The position numbers and the translations under genes were made by a program. The notes under the pieces are model-generated. The model did not search any database. It was given only the letters and a program-made list of their open reading frames with translations, and was not told the origin of the DNA. From Armatimonadota bacterium (GTDB lineage: Bacteria; Armatimonadota; Zipacnadia; Zipacnadales; UBA5352), in assembly GCA_034722055.1 (NCBI GenBank), contig JAYENL010000053.1, positions 28,653 to 46,638 of the forward strand: DNA of 17,986 nt, written 5' to 3'. Position 1 is the first letter of the stretch; each line of letters starts with the position of its first letter. Below, one piece after another: positions 7,338-15,758 of the stretch.

Positions 7338-7533
7338 CCTCGATGAGGCGCTGATCGAGCGCGCGCGGGAAGCCACGGGTATCGAGGACACACGCGAGCT
7401 ACTAGACGAGGGTTTGCGCCTGCTCATCCGCGCCCGAAAGCAGGCTCGGGCACTTCAGTTGCGTGGTGCGATCTCGTGGGAAGGCGATCTCGACGAGATG
7501 AGGCGCAATCGGTTCGACAATGATCCTCGCTGA
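7321..7533 (+). CDS. vapB: Type II TA VapB antitoxin
   Basis: GGAGGAGG RBS; 70 aa; LDEALIERAREATG..EGLRLLIR..LRGAISWEGDLDEMR; overlaps the vapC start. Confidence 0.85.
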   Translation: MPIATDLDEALIERAREATGIEDTRELLDEGLRLLIRARKQARALQLRGAISWEGDLDEMRRNRFDNDPR

Positions 7534-7912
7534 TACTTCCGTATGGATCGATCACTTCGCGGACCGTGAGACACCGCAGACCGGGGTCCTAGCCCGGGTC
7601 CTGGCGCAGGGCGACGGGATCGTCGGCGACCTCATATTGGGCGAAGTGCTACAGGGCACTCGCTTCGACCGCGAATTCCGGGAGACGCGCAGCATTCTCC
7701 TCGGTTTTCCCGTGGTCGCGATTGTGGACACGCACATCGCGATCCAGGCCGCTGCGAACTACCGCCTCCTGCGCCAACGAGGCATCACCGTTCGCGGCAC
7801 CATCGATGCGCTGATTGCCACTTGGTGCATCGAGAACGACGCCTGGCTGCTCCACGACGACCGCGACTTCGACCACTTCGAGGAGCACCTGGGTCTGAAG
7901 GTCGTCCACTGA
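7520..7912 (+). CDS. vapC: Type II TA VapC toxin, PIN-domain ribonuclease
   Basis: MILADTSVWID, EVLQG, TIDALIA, LLHDDRDF PIN acidic residues intact; 130 aa. Confidence 0.93.
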   Translation: MILADTSVWIDHFADRETPQTGVLARVLAQGDGIVGDLILGEVLQGTRFDREFRETRSILLGFPVVAIVDTHIAIQAAANYRLLRQRGITVRGTIDALIATWCIENDAWLLHDDRDFDHFEEHLGLKVVH

Positions 7913-7925
7913 CGAGGGCACTGGG

Positions 7926-8300
7926 ATGCTGAGGCTGGCCATTCTGGGCGTGGGATGGGCGGGCGAGCGGCATGCCCGCGCGGTCCGGGAGCTGGGCGAT
8001 GACGTTGAGGTCGCCTGCCTCGTTGACAGCGATGAGGCCCGGCTGGAACAGATGGGCCGAGACCTTGGTGTCGGCACGCTCTATGCCGACTGCCGCGACG
8101 CGCTGGACGACCCCACCGTTGATGCGGTCTCCATCTGCCTCCCCCACGCGCTTCACGCACCCGTCGCCGTCGATGCGGCCCAAGCCGGGAAGCACATCCT
8201 CTGCGAGAAGCCGCTGGCGATGTCGGTCGCTGAAGGCCCGCGATCTGGCGCGCTTCTTCGGCTCGTCGATCAAGGCCAGCCGCGAGGTGGACTGGGATGA
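7926..8300 (+). pseudogene. Truncated Gfo/Idh/MocA oxidoreductase (NAD-binding N-terminal domain only)
   Basis: LAILGVGWAG, VDAVSICLPHALHA, GKHILCEKPLA; homology is lost after ~8235 and the frame stops at 124 aa, versus ~330-400 aa typical. Confidence 0.8.
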
Positions 8301-8475
8301 CGCGACCCCGCGCCGCGCACGGCGAGCGGCCTCTGAGAGAGCCCGGCAACTGACAACTCTGAGGCTGCCCAATGCCGGTCAGCGCCTCAACAGTGCATCA
8401 TCCTTCCCCGCGACAGATGATGCGCCCGGCGTGGAGCCGCTGCGGTCTCCCCCTGAAACAGATCTCCCCGCCGCC

Positions 8476-8505
8476 TTGATTCGCTACACTCCCTTATGAT
8501 ATACT
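8476..8505 (+). promoter_or_regulatory. sigma70-type promoter of the radical SAM gene
   Basis: TTGATT (8476-8481), 18 nt, TATACT (8500-8505) with extended -10 TG; AGGAGG RBS at 8542-8547. Confidence 0.6.
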
Positions 8506-8555
8506 GTGATACGCTTTGACACGGCTTAAGTTGTCGAATGCAGGAGGCGAACCAC

Positions 8556-9554
8556 ATGACAGCCGAGGCTACATGCAGGCTCATCTCGGAAGAGGCACAC
8601 AAGGGCCGCGGCCTCTCGAGGGACCAGGCGTTAGCATTGCTGAAGATCGAGTTGGGGACGCGGGACATGTACGACCTCTTTGCAGCCGCCGCCGAGCTCT
8701 CGAGAAGCCAGTGGGGAAGCAGGGGCGAGATCTACGCACAGGTCGGGATTAACTTCGAGCGCTGTTCAGGCAACTGCAGCTTCTGCGCTATGGGCAGCGA
8801 CGGGCCAGTAACCGCAGATGGCTTGGAGCTATCGGCAGAGGAGGTCGTCCGGCGGGCCCGCGAGTTCGAGGCGGCGGGTGCCGATCACATTTTCTTGATG
8901 ACTACAGCGGACTACGACTTCGAGCGTTTTCTCGATAGGTCGCGTACGGTTCGCGACGCGCTCCCAGCAGAAGTCTCCATGGTCGCTAACTGCGGGGACT
9001 TCGGTCCCGATGAGGCCTCAGCGCTGCATGAAGCGGGCTATCGCGCGGCATACCACGTTCACCGGCTGCGCGAGGGCGTGGACACTGGGATTGACCCGCG
9101 CGACCGGCTCCGAACCCTTCAGGCGATCGCGGACAGCCCTCTGGAGCTCTTCTACTGCGTGGAGCCGATCGGCCCCGAGCACACTGCTGAGGAGCTGGTG
9201 GATGAGATGTTCCGGGGCCTGGACTACGGCGTGAGCGTTGCGGCGGTGATGAGCCGCGTTCCCACACCGAACACGCCGAAGGCCGTCCTCGGGCAGATTT
9301 CGGAGCTGGAACTCGCCAAGATATGTGCTGTCACCAGGCTGGTATGCGGCGACACCATCAGAGCCATGGGCGTTCACGAGCCGTCGAGACTGGCACTGAT
9401 CGCGGGCGCGAACCAGATCTACGCAGAGACGGGGTCGAATCCCCGCGATGACCGCGCCGACACGTCGGAGGGCCGGGGCTTCTCCGTAGAGGACGCCCGC
9501 GAGATGATGGCGGAGGTGCAGCTCGTGCCCTCCAGAGACTCTCAGGGGCTGTAG
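8556..9554 (+). CDS. Radical SAM protein, biotin-synthase-related fold (not bona fide BioB)
   Basis: CSGNCSFC CxxxCxxC motif; BioB/HydE-like size and layout; ATG at 8556 follows AGGAGG; 332 aa. Confidence 0.85.
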   Translation: MTAEATCRLISEEAHKGRGLSRDQALALLKIELGTRDMYDLFAAAAELSRSQWGSRGEIYAQVGINFERCSGNCSFCAMGSDGPVTADGLELSAEEVVRRAREFEAAGADHIFLMTTADYDFERFLDRSRTVRDALPAEVSMVANCGDFGPDEASALHEAGYRAAYHVHRLREGVDTGIDPRDRLRTLQAIADSPLELFYCVEPIGPEHTAEELVDEMFRGLDYGVSVAAVMSRVPTPNTPKAVLGQISELELAKICAVTRLVCGDTIRAMGVHEPSRLALIAGANQIYAETGSNPRDDRADTSEGRGFSVEDAREMMAEVQLVPSRDSQGL

Positions 9555-10924
9555 TAGTTCCAGACCTGCTTGGCGCGGCGGTAGTGCTGCTGGGTCCAGA
9601 GGCGCTCGTGGTCGGGTCGAGAGTTGGACGTGGTGTTCTCGTAGACGTGCAGCTCATCGGCGTTCCAGAGCACAAGCTCCTCGCGCCAGTCTCCCAGGAC
9701 GTCCGCGACGTAGAGCCGCGACGCGACCTCCGGGATACGGACGAGGAAGCGGCCGGTGATGGGGTCGAAGACGCACGCATCGCCGGACGTGTGCCGCTCC
9801 TTGGCCGCCGCGAGTTGCTGCTCTCCCCCGGTCCAGTCGATGGTCCAGATGACCTCCACGCCCGCCGTCGTCCAGCCCTCCGGCGCCACATCGTCCATCT
9901 CCCAGTCGGACATCAGCTCGCCGCGCGCGTCGAAGACGAAGGGCTTCTGGTGCTCGTTGTAGCGGCTGCGGCACCAGACCTGCAGGCCGTCGCGCGAGGG
10001 ATCGAAGCGGCCCACGGCCGCGTTCTGCGGCTCCTGGTGCTCGAAGTGCGTGGAGACGAGCAACTCGTCGCGGGTGGCGCCGAAGACACGATTGCGCTCC
10101 TCTCCCTGGCCGCCCTCCTCGAGTGCCACCACCTCCAGGCCAGGCAGATCCGGACGCACATCGTAGGCGTAGATGGAGTCCAGGTGCCCACGCACCGGGA
10201 AGCGGAAGCTGATGGTGCCATCGTCATCGAGGATGGTGCCACCGAGCACCTCGTCGCGACCGTCGCCGTCGATGTCCGCCACCCGGGCGCCGTTGTGCGC
10301 GCAGGAGAGGAAGTCATCGCGCCTCCAGAGAGGCTCGATGCGCCCCTCGCGGAGATCCTCAACCGGGAACGCGGCCACGTACCGCCCCATGCGGTAGCCC
10401 TCGGCGTTGGTGGCCTGCAGCAGCACGTCCCGGTCGCCTTCGCCCCTGAAGTTCGCGACCGCGAAGTGCTCCCAGCGCTCAGCGCCCTCCGGGTGCGAGA
10501 TGGTGGCAGCCCACCTCTCATCGCCCGTTGGTCCGTGGAGCACGTGCATAGTGTCATCCTGCGTCAGGAAGAGCACCTCGGTGGCGCCATCGCCGTCGAT
10601 GTCCGCGGCCTGCACCCCGGGGCCGTGGTGGCCGGGAAGGCCCTGGGACTCGGACTGCCCGCCCACGCGGATATCCACCCCGCGCGACCACAGGCGCGAC
10701 CCGTCAGTGCCATACGCGCCGAGGTAGCCCGGCGCGGTGACCAGCAGCTCCATCGGCCACTCGCCGTCCAGATCGGCGGCGATCATGGAGCCGGCGGAAG
10801 CCTCCGGGACGGTGACCTCCAGCGGGATGACGTGGCGCGCGATGTTCAGCGGCAGGTCCTGCTGGCACCCTGCGGCGGCACACAGTGTCAGGGCTACGAG
10901 GACGGCAAGCAGATGCGTCATCAT
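9542..10924 (-). CDS. Putative lipoprotein, FG-GAP beta-propeller resembling PL11 rhamnogalacturonan lyases
   Basis: GGAGGT RBS; LLAVLVALTLCAAAG-C lipobox-like; ADIDGDGATEV, AHNGARVADIDGDGRDEV, GHLDSIYAYDVRPDLPGLEV, ADVLGDWREEL parallel YesW/YesX motifs. Confidence 0.72.
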   Translation of the reverse strand: MMTHLLAVLVALTLCAAAGCQQDLPLNIARHVIPLEVTVPEASAGSMIAADLDGEWPMELLVTAPGYLGAYGTDGSRLWSRGVDIRVGGQSESQGLPGHHGPGVQAADIDGDGATEVLFLTQDDTMHVLHGPTGDERWAATISHPEGAERWEHFAVANFRGEGDRDVLLQATNAEGYRMGRYVAAFPVEDLREGRIEPLWRRDDFLSCAHNGARVADIDGDGRDEVLGGTILDDDGTISFRFPVRGHLDSIYAYDVRPDLPGLEVVALEEGGQGEERNRVFGATRDELLVSTHFEHQEPQNAAVGRFDPSRDGLQVWCRSRYNEHQKPFVFDARGELMSDWEMDDVAPEGWTTAGVEVIWTIDWTGGEQQLAAAKERHTSGDACVFDPITGRFLVRIPEVASRLYVADVLGDWREELVLWNADELHVYENTTSNSRPDHERLWTQQHYRRAKQVWNYYSP

Positions 10925-10991
10925 CGGACACCTCCACCTGAGAGAACACCCAGGACGCGCGGACGGTCCGCACCCGTCGATCATGCACCGA

Positions 10992-11018
10992 CGGCCGGGC
11001 TGAAGCCGCGGCCGCTGC
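10992..11018 (-). repeat. Isolated degenerate REP-like hairpin in an intergenic gap
   Basis: Minus strand GCAG-CGGCCG(C)GGCT-TC-AGCCCGGCCG; the loop region resembles GGGCTTCCAGCCC of the REP at 16-38. Confidence 0.45.
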
Positions 11019-11030
11019 GGACGGCAGCAG

Positions 11031-14000
11031 CTACCACTGCAGCCCTACCACCCGCCCATCCTGCATCGCGGCGACGATGGTGGGGCCGTCGGGCGTGTCT
11101 GCAGCGGAGACCCAGTTCACCTGCGAGCCGGTGGGGTAGCGCCCCACCTCGTTAAGGTCGCCGTCGAGCAGATAGACCATGCCCGAGAGACAGCCCGCCG
11201 CGATGAGGGGCTGATCGCCGCCGGGCACGAGCGCCAGGTTCAGGACCGCCGAGCCCAGGTTGCGACTGGCGATCTGCTCCCCGGCGGCGTCCAGCAGATA
11301 GGCGTAGCCGGTGTCCGAGCAGCAGGCGACCTCCAAGGCCTCATCGCCGATGAGGTCGGCGACCTGTATGTCCCGCCAGGCGTAGCCGAAGTTGCTGAAC
11401 TCCCACAGCACATCGCGGCTGCCCACCTGGCCGCACTTGAAGACGCCGGTAGCGGAGCCGTTGAGCATCTCGTAGGTCCCGTCGCCGTCCAGGTCCGCCA
11501 CGCGCATCTGCACATCCCCCAGCTCGGAGCCGCGATAGCCCATACGGCTGCCATCCTCCACGCTGAGCACGAAGAGCTTGCCATAGCGGTTGCCCACCGC
11601 TACCTCCTCGACGCCGTCGCCATTGACGTCCACCGCCTGCAGCTCGGTGGTCCCGTGGTTGGTCTCACCGAAGATCCAGCGCTGCGAGAAGTCAGAGTTG
11701 ATGACCTGCGTGAAGCCGTCCACGGTGCCCATCGCGGCCTCCCACTGGCCGTCGCTGTCGAAGTCCCTCACCAGCACGTCATCCAGCCGGGGCTCGTGGA
11801 TGGTGGTGCGGGAGACGCGCCAGTAGGTCTCAATGGGGTGCTCGCGCAGCAGCGTCCCGTCCGTGTCCAGGACGTAGAGGATCTTGCTCTTGCCGCCGCA
11901 GAAGACCTCCAGCCCGCCGTCGCCGTCGATGTCGCAGGCGCTGCAGGCGTAGAGCTCATCGGTTCCATCGAACTGCCAGCGGACGGAGCCGTCGGCGTCG
12001 ATGACCGTCAGGTAGCGCCCGCGGATGGCCAGGACCTCGTCCGAGCCGTCGCCGTCGAGGTCGTGCACCTCCATCTCGATGGCAGGCTGCGGCCGGCCTT
12101 CGCGGACGGCAGCCCCGATCTCCCAGGCCTGCTGCAGGTCCTGCGGGGGCGCCACCGGCGACTCCCCGCCTTCACCGAACTGCGCCCGACCGGCGACGCC
12201 CTGCAGCGCTGATCTGGCCGCGCGCCGCCACTGCGTGGTGGCGCCCTCCGGCAGGGACACGCTCAGGTTGCCGTCCCCGCCAACATCGTGCTGCTCGCCG
12301 CCGGCGATGGTCATCTGCGTCGGCTCATCCGCGGAGGCCCAGACCTCCCCGGACGAGAGGTCGATCCTGAGGTCGATCTGACCCCCGGCGCGGATCGTCC
12401 CGCCCAGGCGGGTGGCATCGGACAGCACCACCTCACGCGGGCTGACCCAGGCCATGGCGGCGTCGGTGTCGAGCAACTCGCTCGGCGCGATGGTCACCGC
12501 CGCCCGGGTCCGGCCGTCCTCCAGCACCACGGCCGTGCCCTCGTCCGCGCGCTGGATGTCCCAATCGTCCTCGCGGTCGCTGCGGGTGTTGAAGAACAGC
12601 GCCACGTTGCTGGCCGCCTCGCCAGCCGTCAGCTCATCCCCGAACTTGTGATGGACGTAGCGGATGGGGATGCGCGCGTGGTTGATCCGCGTGCTCTGCA
12701 CCAGGCGGCTGTGACCAGAGTTGCGCAGGTGGAAGATCCGGTCGGGAAGCTGGATCACCTCGGCTCCCTCGACCTCGGGGGCGTCCTCGGCCTCCATCGC
12801 GGCCACAACCTGGCCCTCCCCCGAGACGAACTCCACCCGGTCAAGCAGCACACCCGGCGCCTCGCGCAGCCAGATGCGCACCAGATGCGTGCCGCCGGTG
12901 GGAACCGTGATCCTCGGCATGGGGCCGGACTTGGGGTTCACACCGCTGTCGTAGGGCCGGCCGAACTCCTCCAGGGGCAGGTGGATGGCCACCGGATCGC
13001 CGTCGTCGATGGACAGGTAGAAGCTGTCGGTGCCGCTGTTGATGCCCAGGCCGATGACGTTGGCGCGGTACTCGCCCTTGGGGATCGCCAGCGGGAAGCT
13101 CAGCTCGGACTCGCGGCCCTCGAAGCGCACCGCGGCCGCCACGCCCTCGGCGGGCTCCTCGACGACCGTCAGGCCCCGTGTCACCGCCGCCTCGCGGGTG
13201 AGCGAGAAGGTCCGCACGTCATCCCCCCCGATCTCCCCCTCGTCGATCATCTTGAAGATGCACTCCAGCGAGTAGTCGCCCGGCTCCGCGGCGGTGCAGT
13301 GGTCCAGCAGGACCACGGGGCCGCCTTTGAGCCAGAAGATGTTGCGCCGCCAGTCGATCCCGTTGTAGCCGTAGACGGCCGTCTGCGTCATGGCTATCTC
13401 GGGGCTGTCGGCGAGGTGCTCCAGGGCCGCGCAGGGCGGCTCCACCTGCTCGCAGCGACCGTCTCGCACCACCGAGAGCATGGTGTGATCGGTGGTGTTC
13501 CGGACCAGGTAGTCGCCATCCATCAGCCAGTCCTCGCCATCGGCGAAGAACTTGGTGATGGCGTTGCCATCGTAGTGCAGGTGCCCGCCGCGGGCGTAGC
13601 CGTCGAGCAGGAAGTACTGAGCCTCAGACTCCAGGCTCTCGCGGAAGGCGATCTTGTCGAAGCACCTCTCCTGCGGCACATTGGGGGGCATCAGCGACGG
13701 ACCGTAGGCCCGCGTCTCGGTGGTCCAGTCATAGATCGCCTGAGTCAGCGGGAAGGCCGTCACGCCGGCGAGTTCCTCCCAGGGCTCGGACGCGAGTTCC
13801 GCGTTGAAGGGGTTCTTCCAGTCCTCCCGCTGCACGCGCTGGAGCCACCACTGCAGCCTGGGGTCGTCATAGTACCACAGCGCCCAGTCGAGGTTGCGGG
13901 TGTAGATGCCATGGCCGTAGCCGGAGTCGCCGAAGTTCCCCGGATCGCCGGTGTTGTCGCAGATGCCGACGGTGTAGTCGGCCAGCATCCGCACGTGGCC

Positions 14001-15758
14001 GTCGTCGAAGTAGGAGTAGTCGCCCTCGCTGAGCGTGTAGTTGATAGTATGGCGCGGGACGATCGAGAAGTATCCGGTGGCATCCTCGGTCGGCTTGAAG
14101 GACAGCTTCTGGTTGTTGAAGCAGTTCGCGCAGCGGTTGAGGTAGTCGTCGATGCGGTTCGTGTCCACCTCCGGGTAGAAGCGGTCGAAGTGCCGCGCGA
14201 GGTAGTACATCCCGATCAGCGGGAAGGTGGAGTGGTTGAAGACGACGGGCCAGGTCCTCTCCGGATCGGCGAACATGCCGTAGGCGGACACGTGCCGCGG
14301 CAGGTCGTGCAGGGCGTTGAGCATGGAGTTGGCGCCCCGCCAGCGGTCCTCCTCGGTCAGCACCGGCGCCTCCTCGAAGAAGTCCCACATGGTGCCGATC
14401 CAGTCCGAGGAGGTCTCCTCAGGCCAGTAGATGCGATGCGTGCCGGCGGCGGTGGGCTCCGGCCAGTACTTCAGCACATCGGGGTCGTGGGCGAACTGCA
14501 GGTAGCGCTCGTTGATGCGCCGCAGGATGTAGCGCGCTCGCTCCGCCCAGGCCGGATCGCCACTGTCTCGATAGTTGCGGACCGCCGAGTGGAAGTCCTT
14601 AAGCCAGAACTTGCTCAGCTCCCGGCTCACCAGCTTGTCGCGCTGCTCGTCGCTGAGGTGATCGACCCCGGAGACCTCCAGCACCCACTCGTCGATCGCC
14701 ATGTCGCCCTGCGGCTCGCCAAGCAGCTCCAGAAGGCGCTGCATCCCCCGCTCGGCGCCCTGGAGGTCCGAGGCGCCGATGAGCAGCACGTTCTTGCCCC
14801 GCGGGCAGTCGTAGGGCTCCGGGATGGTCTGCAGGATGTACTCGCCCGGGCCGGGCCGTCGAGCATTCACCTCCTGGTAGCGCTGCAGCCACAGGCGCTC
14901 GACCACGAAGTTGTTGGCCAGGTGGCCGATGGCGATGGTGGTCTGCTCCGAGCGCAGCGGCCCCCAGTCACGCCCCTGGCTGGTCAGCACGTCGAGCTTC
15001 GCTCCCGTCCGCCCCTGGATCTGCTCGGCCAGGCGGAGGCCGATGTCGTGCCACTGCTTGTCATCGGGGGTCACGATGTGCGCGGCGGGCTCGCCGCCGG
15101 TCACGATGGGCGTGTGCAGGTTGGGCTGATGGATCTGGTCGGGCGCGATCCCCTCGCTGCCAAAGGGCAGCAGGGCCAGCCGCTGATCCTGGGGGTCCGC
15201 GGTGAGCACATGCAGATCGAAGTCATCCACCACGTACCGGCAGCTCGCCATGTGCAGCGTCTTGATGTACACCAGCGTGTGCGTGGTGTCCTCCGGGGCC
15301 TGGGCGATGGCGGTGAACTGCCGCCACTGGCCGATGGGGGAGTTGAGGTGCGTGTTCGCCATGTCGTTGGAGGGCTTGAAGCGAAGCTGCAGCCAGGCGG
15401 CATTCTCCCTGGAGCGCTCCAGGCACTTCGCCCAGCAGGTGAGCTTGTAGTAGCTCCCGGGCTGGATGCCATCGACCCGCTGCACGATCCCCGAGCCTGC
15501 CTGCCGCTCGGAGACGCGCTCCTCGCAGGCGTAGTCGTCGATGACCACCACCGCGCGCTCGCCGGAGTGGGCGTCGTCCACCAGGTGGCGAGTCAGGTCA
15601 TCGGTATCGCCACCGTGCGGGTTCCAGCCGGCGGGCATATCCCTGTTCTGGGGATCAACCTCCTCCAAGCCGGGATTGGTCAGCAGGTTCTGCTGCGCGC
15701 CGGCGCAGGTAGCCAGCACCAGCGTGGCGACCATGGCGACGATGGCAGCGCATCTCAC
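11031..15758 (-). CDS. Large secreted multidomain protein: CBM-like N-terminus, heparinase II/III-like lyase core, CBM-like insert, C-terminal FG-GAP/PQQ-like propeller
   Basis: GTG at 15758, 7 nt after GGAGGT; signal peptide ..LATCAGA; NLLTNPGLEE; FNHS, EDATGY, NFGDS, GGHLHYDGNAI, TTDHTMLSV, WRRNIFW; DLDGDG repeats in the last ~350 aa; 1575 aa. Confidence 0.75.
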   Translation of the reverse strand: MRCAAIVAMVATLVLATCAGAQQNLLTNPGLEEVDPQNRDMPAGWNPHGGDTDDLTRHLVDDAHSGERAVVVIDDYACEERVSERQAGSGIVQRVDGIQPGSYYKLTCWAKCLERSRENAAWLQLRFKPSNDMANTHLNSPIGQWRQFTAIAQAPEDTTHTLVYIKTLHMASCRYVVDDFDLHVLTADPQDQRLALLPFGSEGIAPDQIHQPNLHTPIVTGGEPAAHIVTPDDKQWHDIGLRLAEQIQGRTGAKLDVLTSQGRDWGPLRSEQTTIAIGHLANNFVVERLWLQRYQEVNARRPGPGEYILQTIPEPYDCPRGKNVLLIGASDLQGAERGMQRLLELLGEPQGDMAIDEWVLEVSGVDHLSDEQRDKLVSRELSKFWLKDFHSAVRNYRDSGDPAWAERARYILRRINERYLQFAHDPDVLKYWPEPTAAGTHRIYWPEETSSDWIGTMWDFFEEAPVLTEEDRWRGANSMLNALHDLPRHVSAYGMFADPERTWPVVFNHSTFPLIGMYYLARHFDRFYPEVDTNRIDDYLNRCANCFNNQKLSFKPTEDATGYFSIVPRHTINYTLSEGDYSYFDDGHVRMLADYTVGICDNTGDPGNFGDSGYGHGIYTRNLDWALWYYDDPRLQWWLQRVQREDWKNPFNAELASEPWEELAGVTAFPLTQAIYDWTTETRAYGPSLMPPNVPQERCFDKIAFRESLESEAQYFLLDGYARGGHLHYDGNAITKFFADGEDWLMDGDYLVRNTTDHTMLSVVRDGRCEQVEPPCAALEHLADSPEIAMTQTAVYGYNGIDWRRNIFWLKGGPVVLLDHCTAAEPGDYSLECIFKMIDEGEIGGDDVRTFSLTREAAVTRGLTVVEEPAEGVAAAVRFEGRESELSFPLAIPKGEYRANVIGLGINSGTDSFYLSIDDGDPVAIHLPLEEFGRPYDSGVNPKSGPMPRITVPTGGTHLVRIWLREAPGVLLDRVEFVSGEGQVVAAMEAEDAPEVEGAEVIQLPDRIFHLRNSGHSRLVQSTRINHARIPIRYVHHKFGDELTAGEAASNVALFFNTRSDREDDWDIQRADEGTAVVLEDGRTRAAVTIAPSELLDTDAAMAWVSPREVVLSDATRLGGTIRAGGQIDLRIDLSSGEVWASADEPTQMTIAGGEQHDVGGDGNLSVSLPEGATTQWRRAARSALQGVAGRAQFGEGGESPVAPPQDLQQAWEIGAAVREGRPQPAIEMEVHDLDGDGSDEVLAIRGRYLTVIDADGSVRWQFDGTDELYACSACDIDGDGGLEVFCGGKSKILYVLDTDGTLLREHPIETYWRVSRTTIHEPRLDDVLVRDFDSDGQWEAAMGTVDGFTQVINSDFSQRWIFGETNHGTTELQAVDVNGDGVEEVAVGNRYGKLFVLSVEDGSRMGYRGSELGDVQMRVADLDGDGTYEMLNGSATGVFKCGQVGSRDVLWEFSNFGYAWRDIQVADLIGDEALEVACCSDTGYAYLLDAAGEQIASRNLGSAVLNLALVPGGDQPLIAAGCLSGMVYLLDGDLNEVGRYPTGSQVNWVSAADTPDGPTIVAAMQDGRVVGLQW

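Noticed and set aside
8516..8521. Perfect TTGACA upstream of the radical SAM gene
   Set aside because: No -10 element at 16-18 nt; the 8476-8505 promoter fits better.
8556..9554. Calling the radical SAM gene bioB
   Set aside because: It lacks the YNHNLD-type motif and any biotin gene context.
7032..9554. Prophage or IS-bounded island
   Set aside because: No integrase, transposase, tRNA or terminal repeats are visible; only accessory-type gene content.
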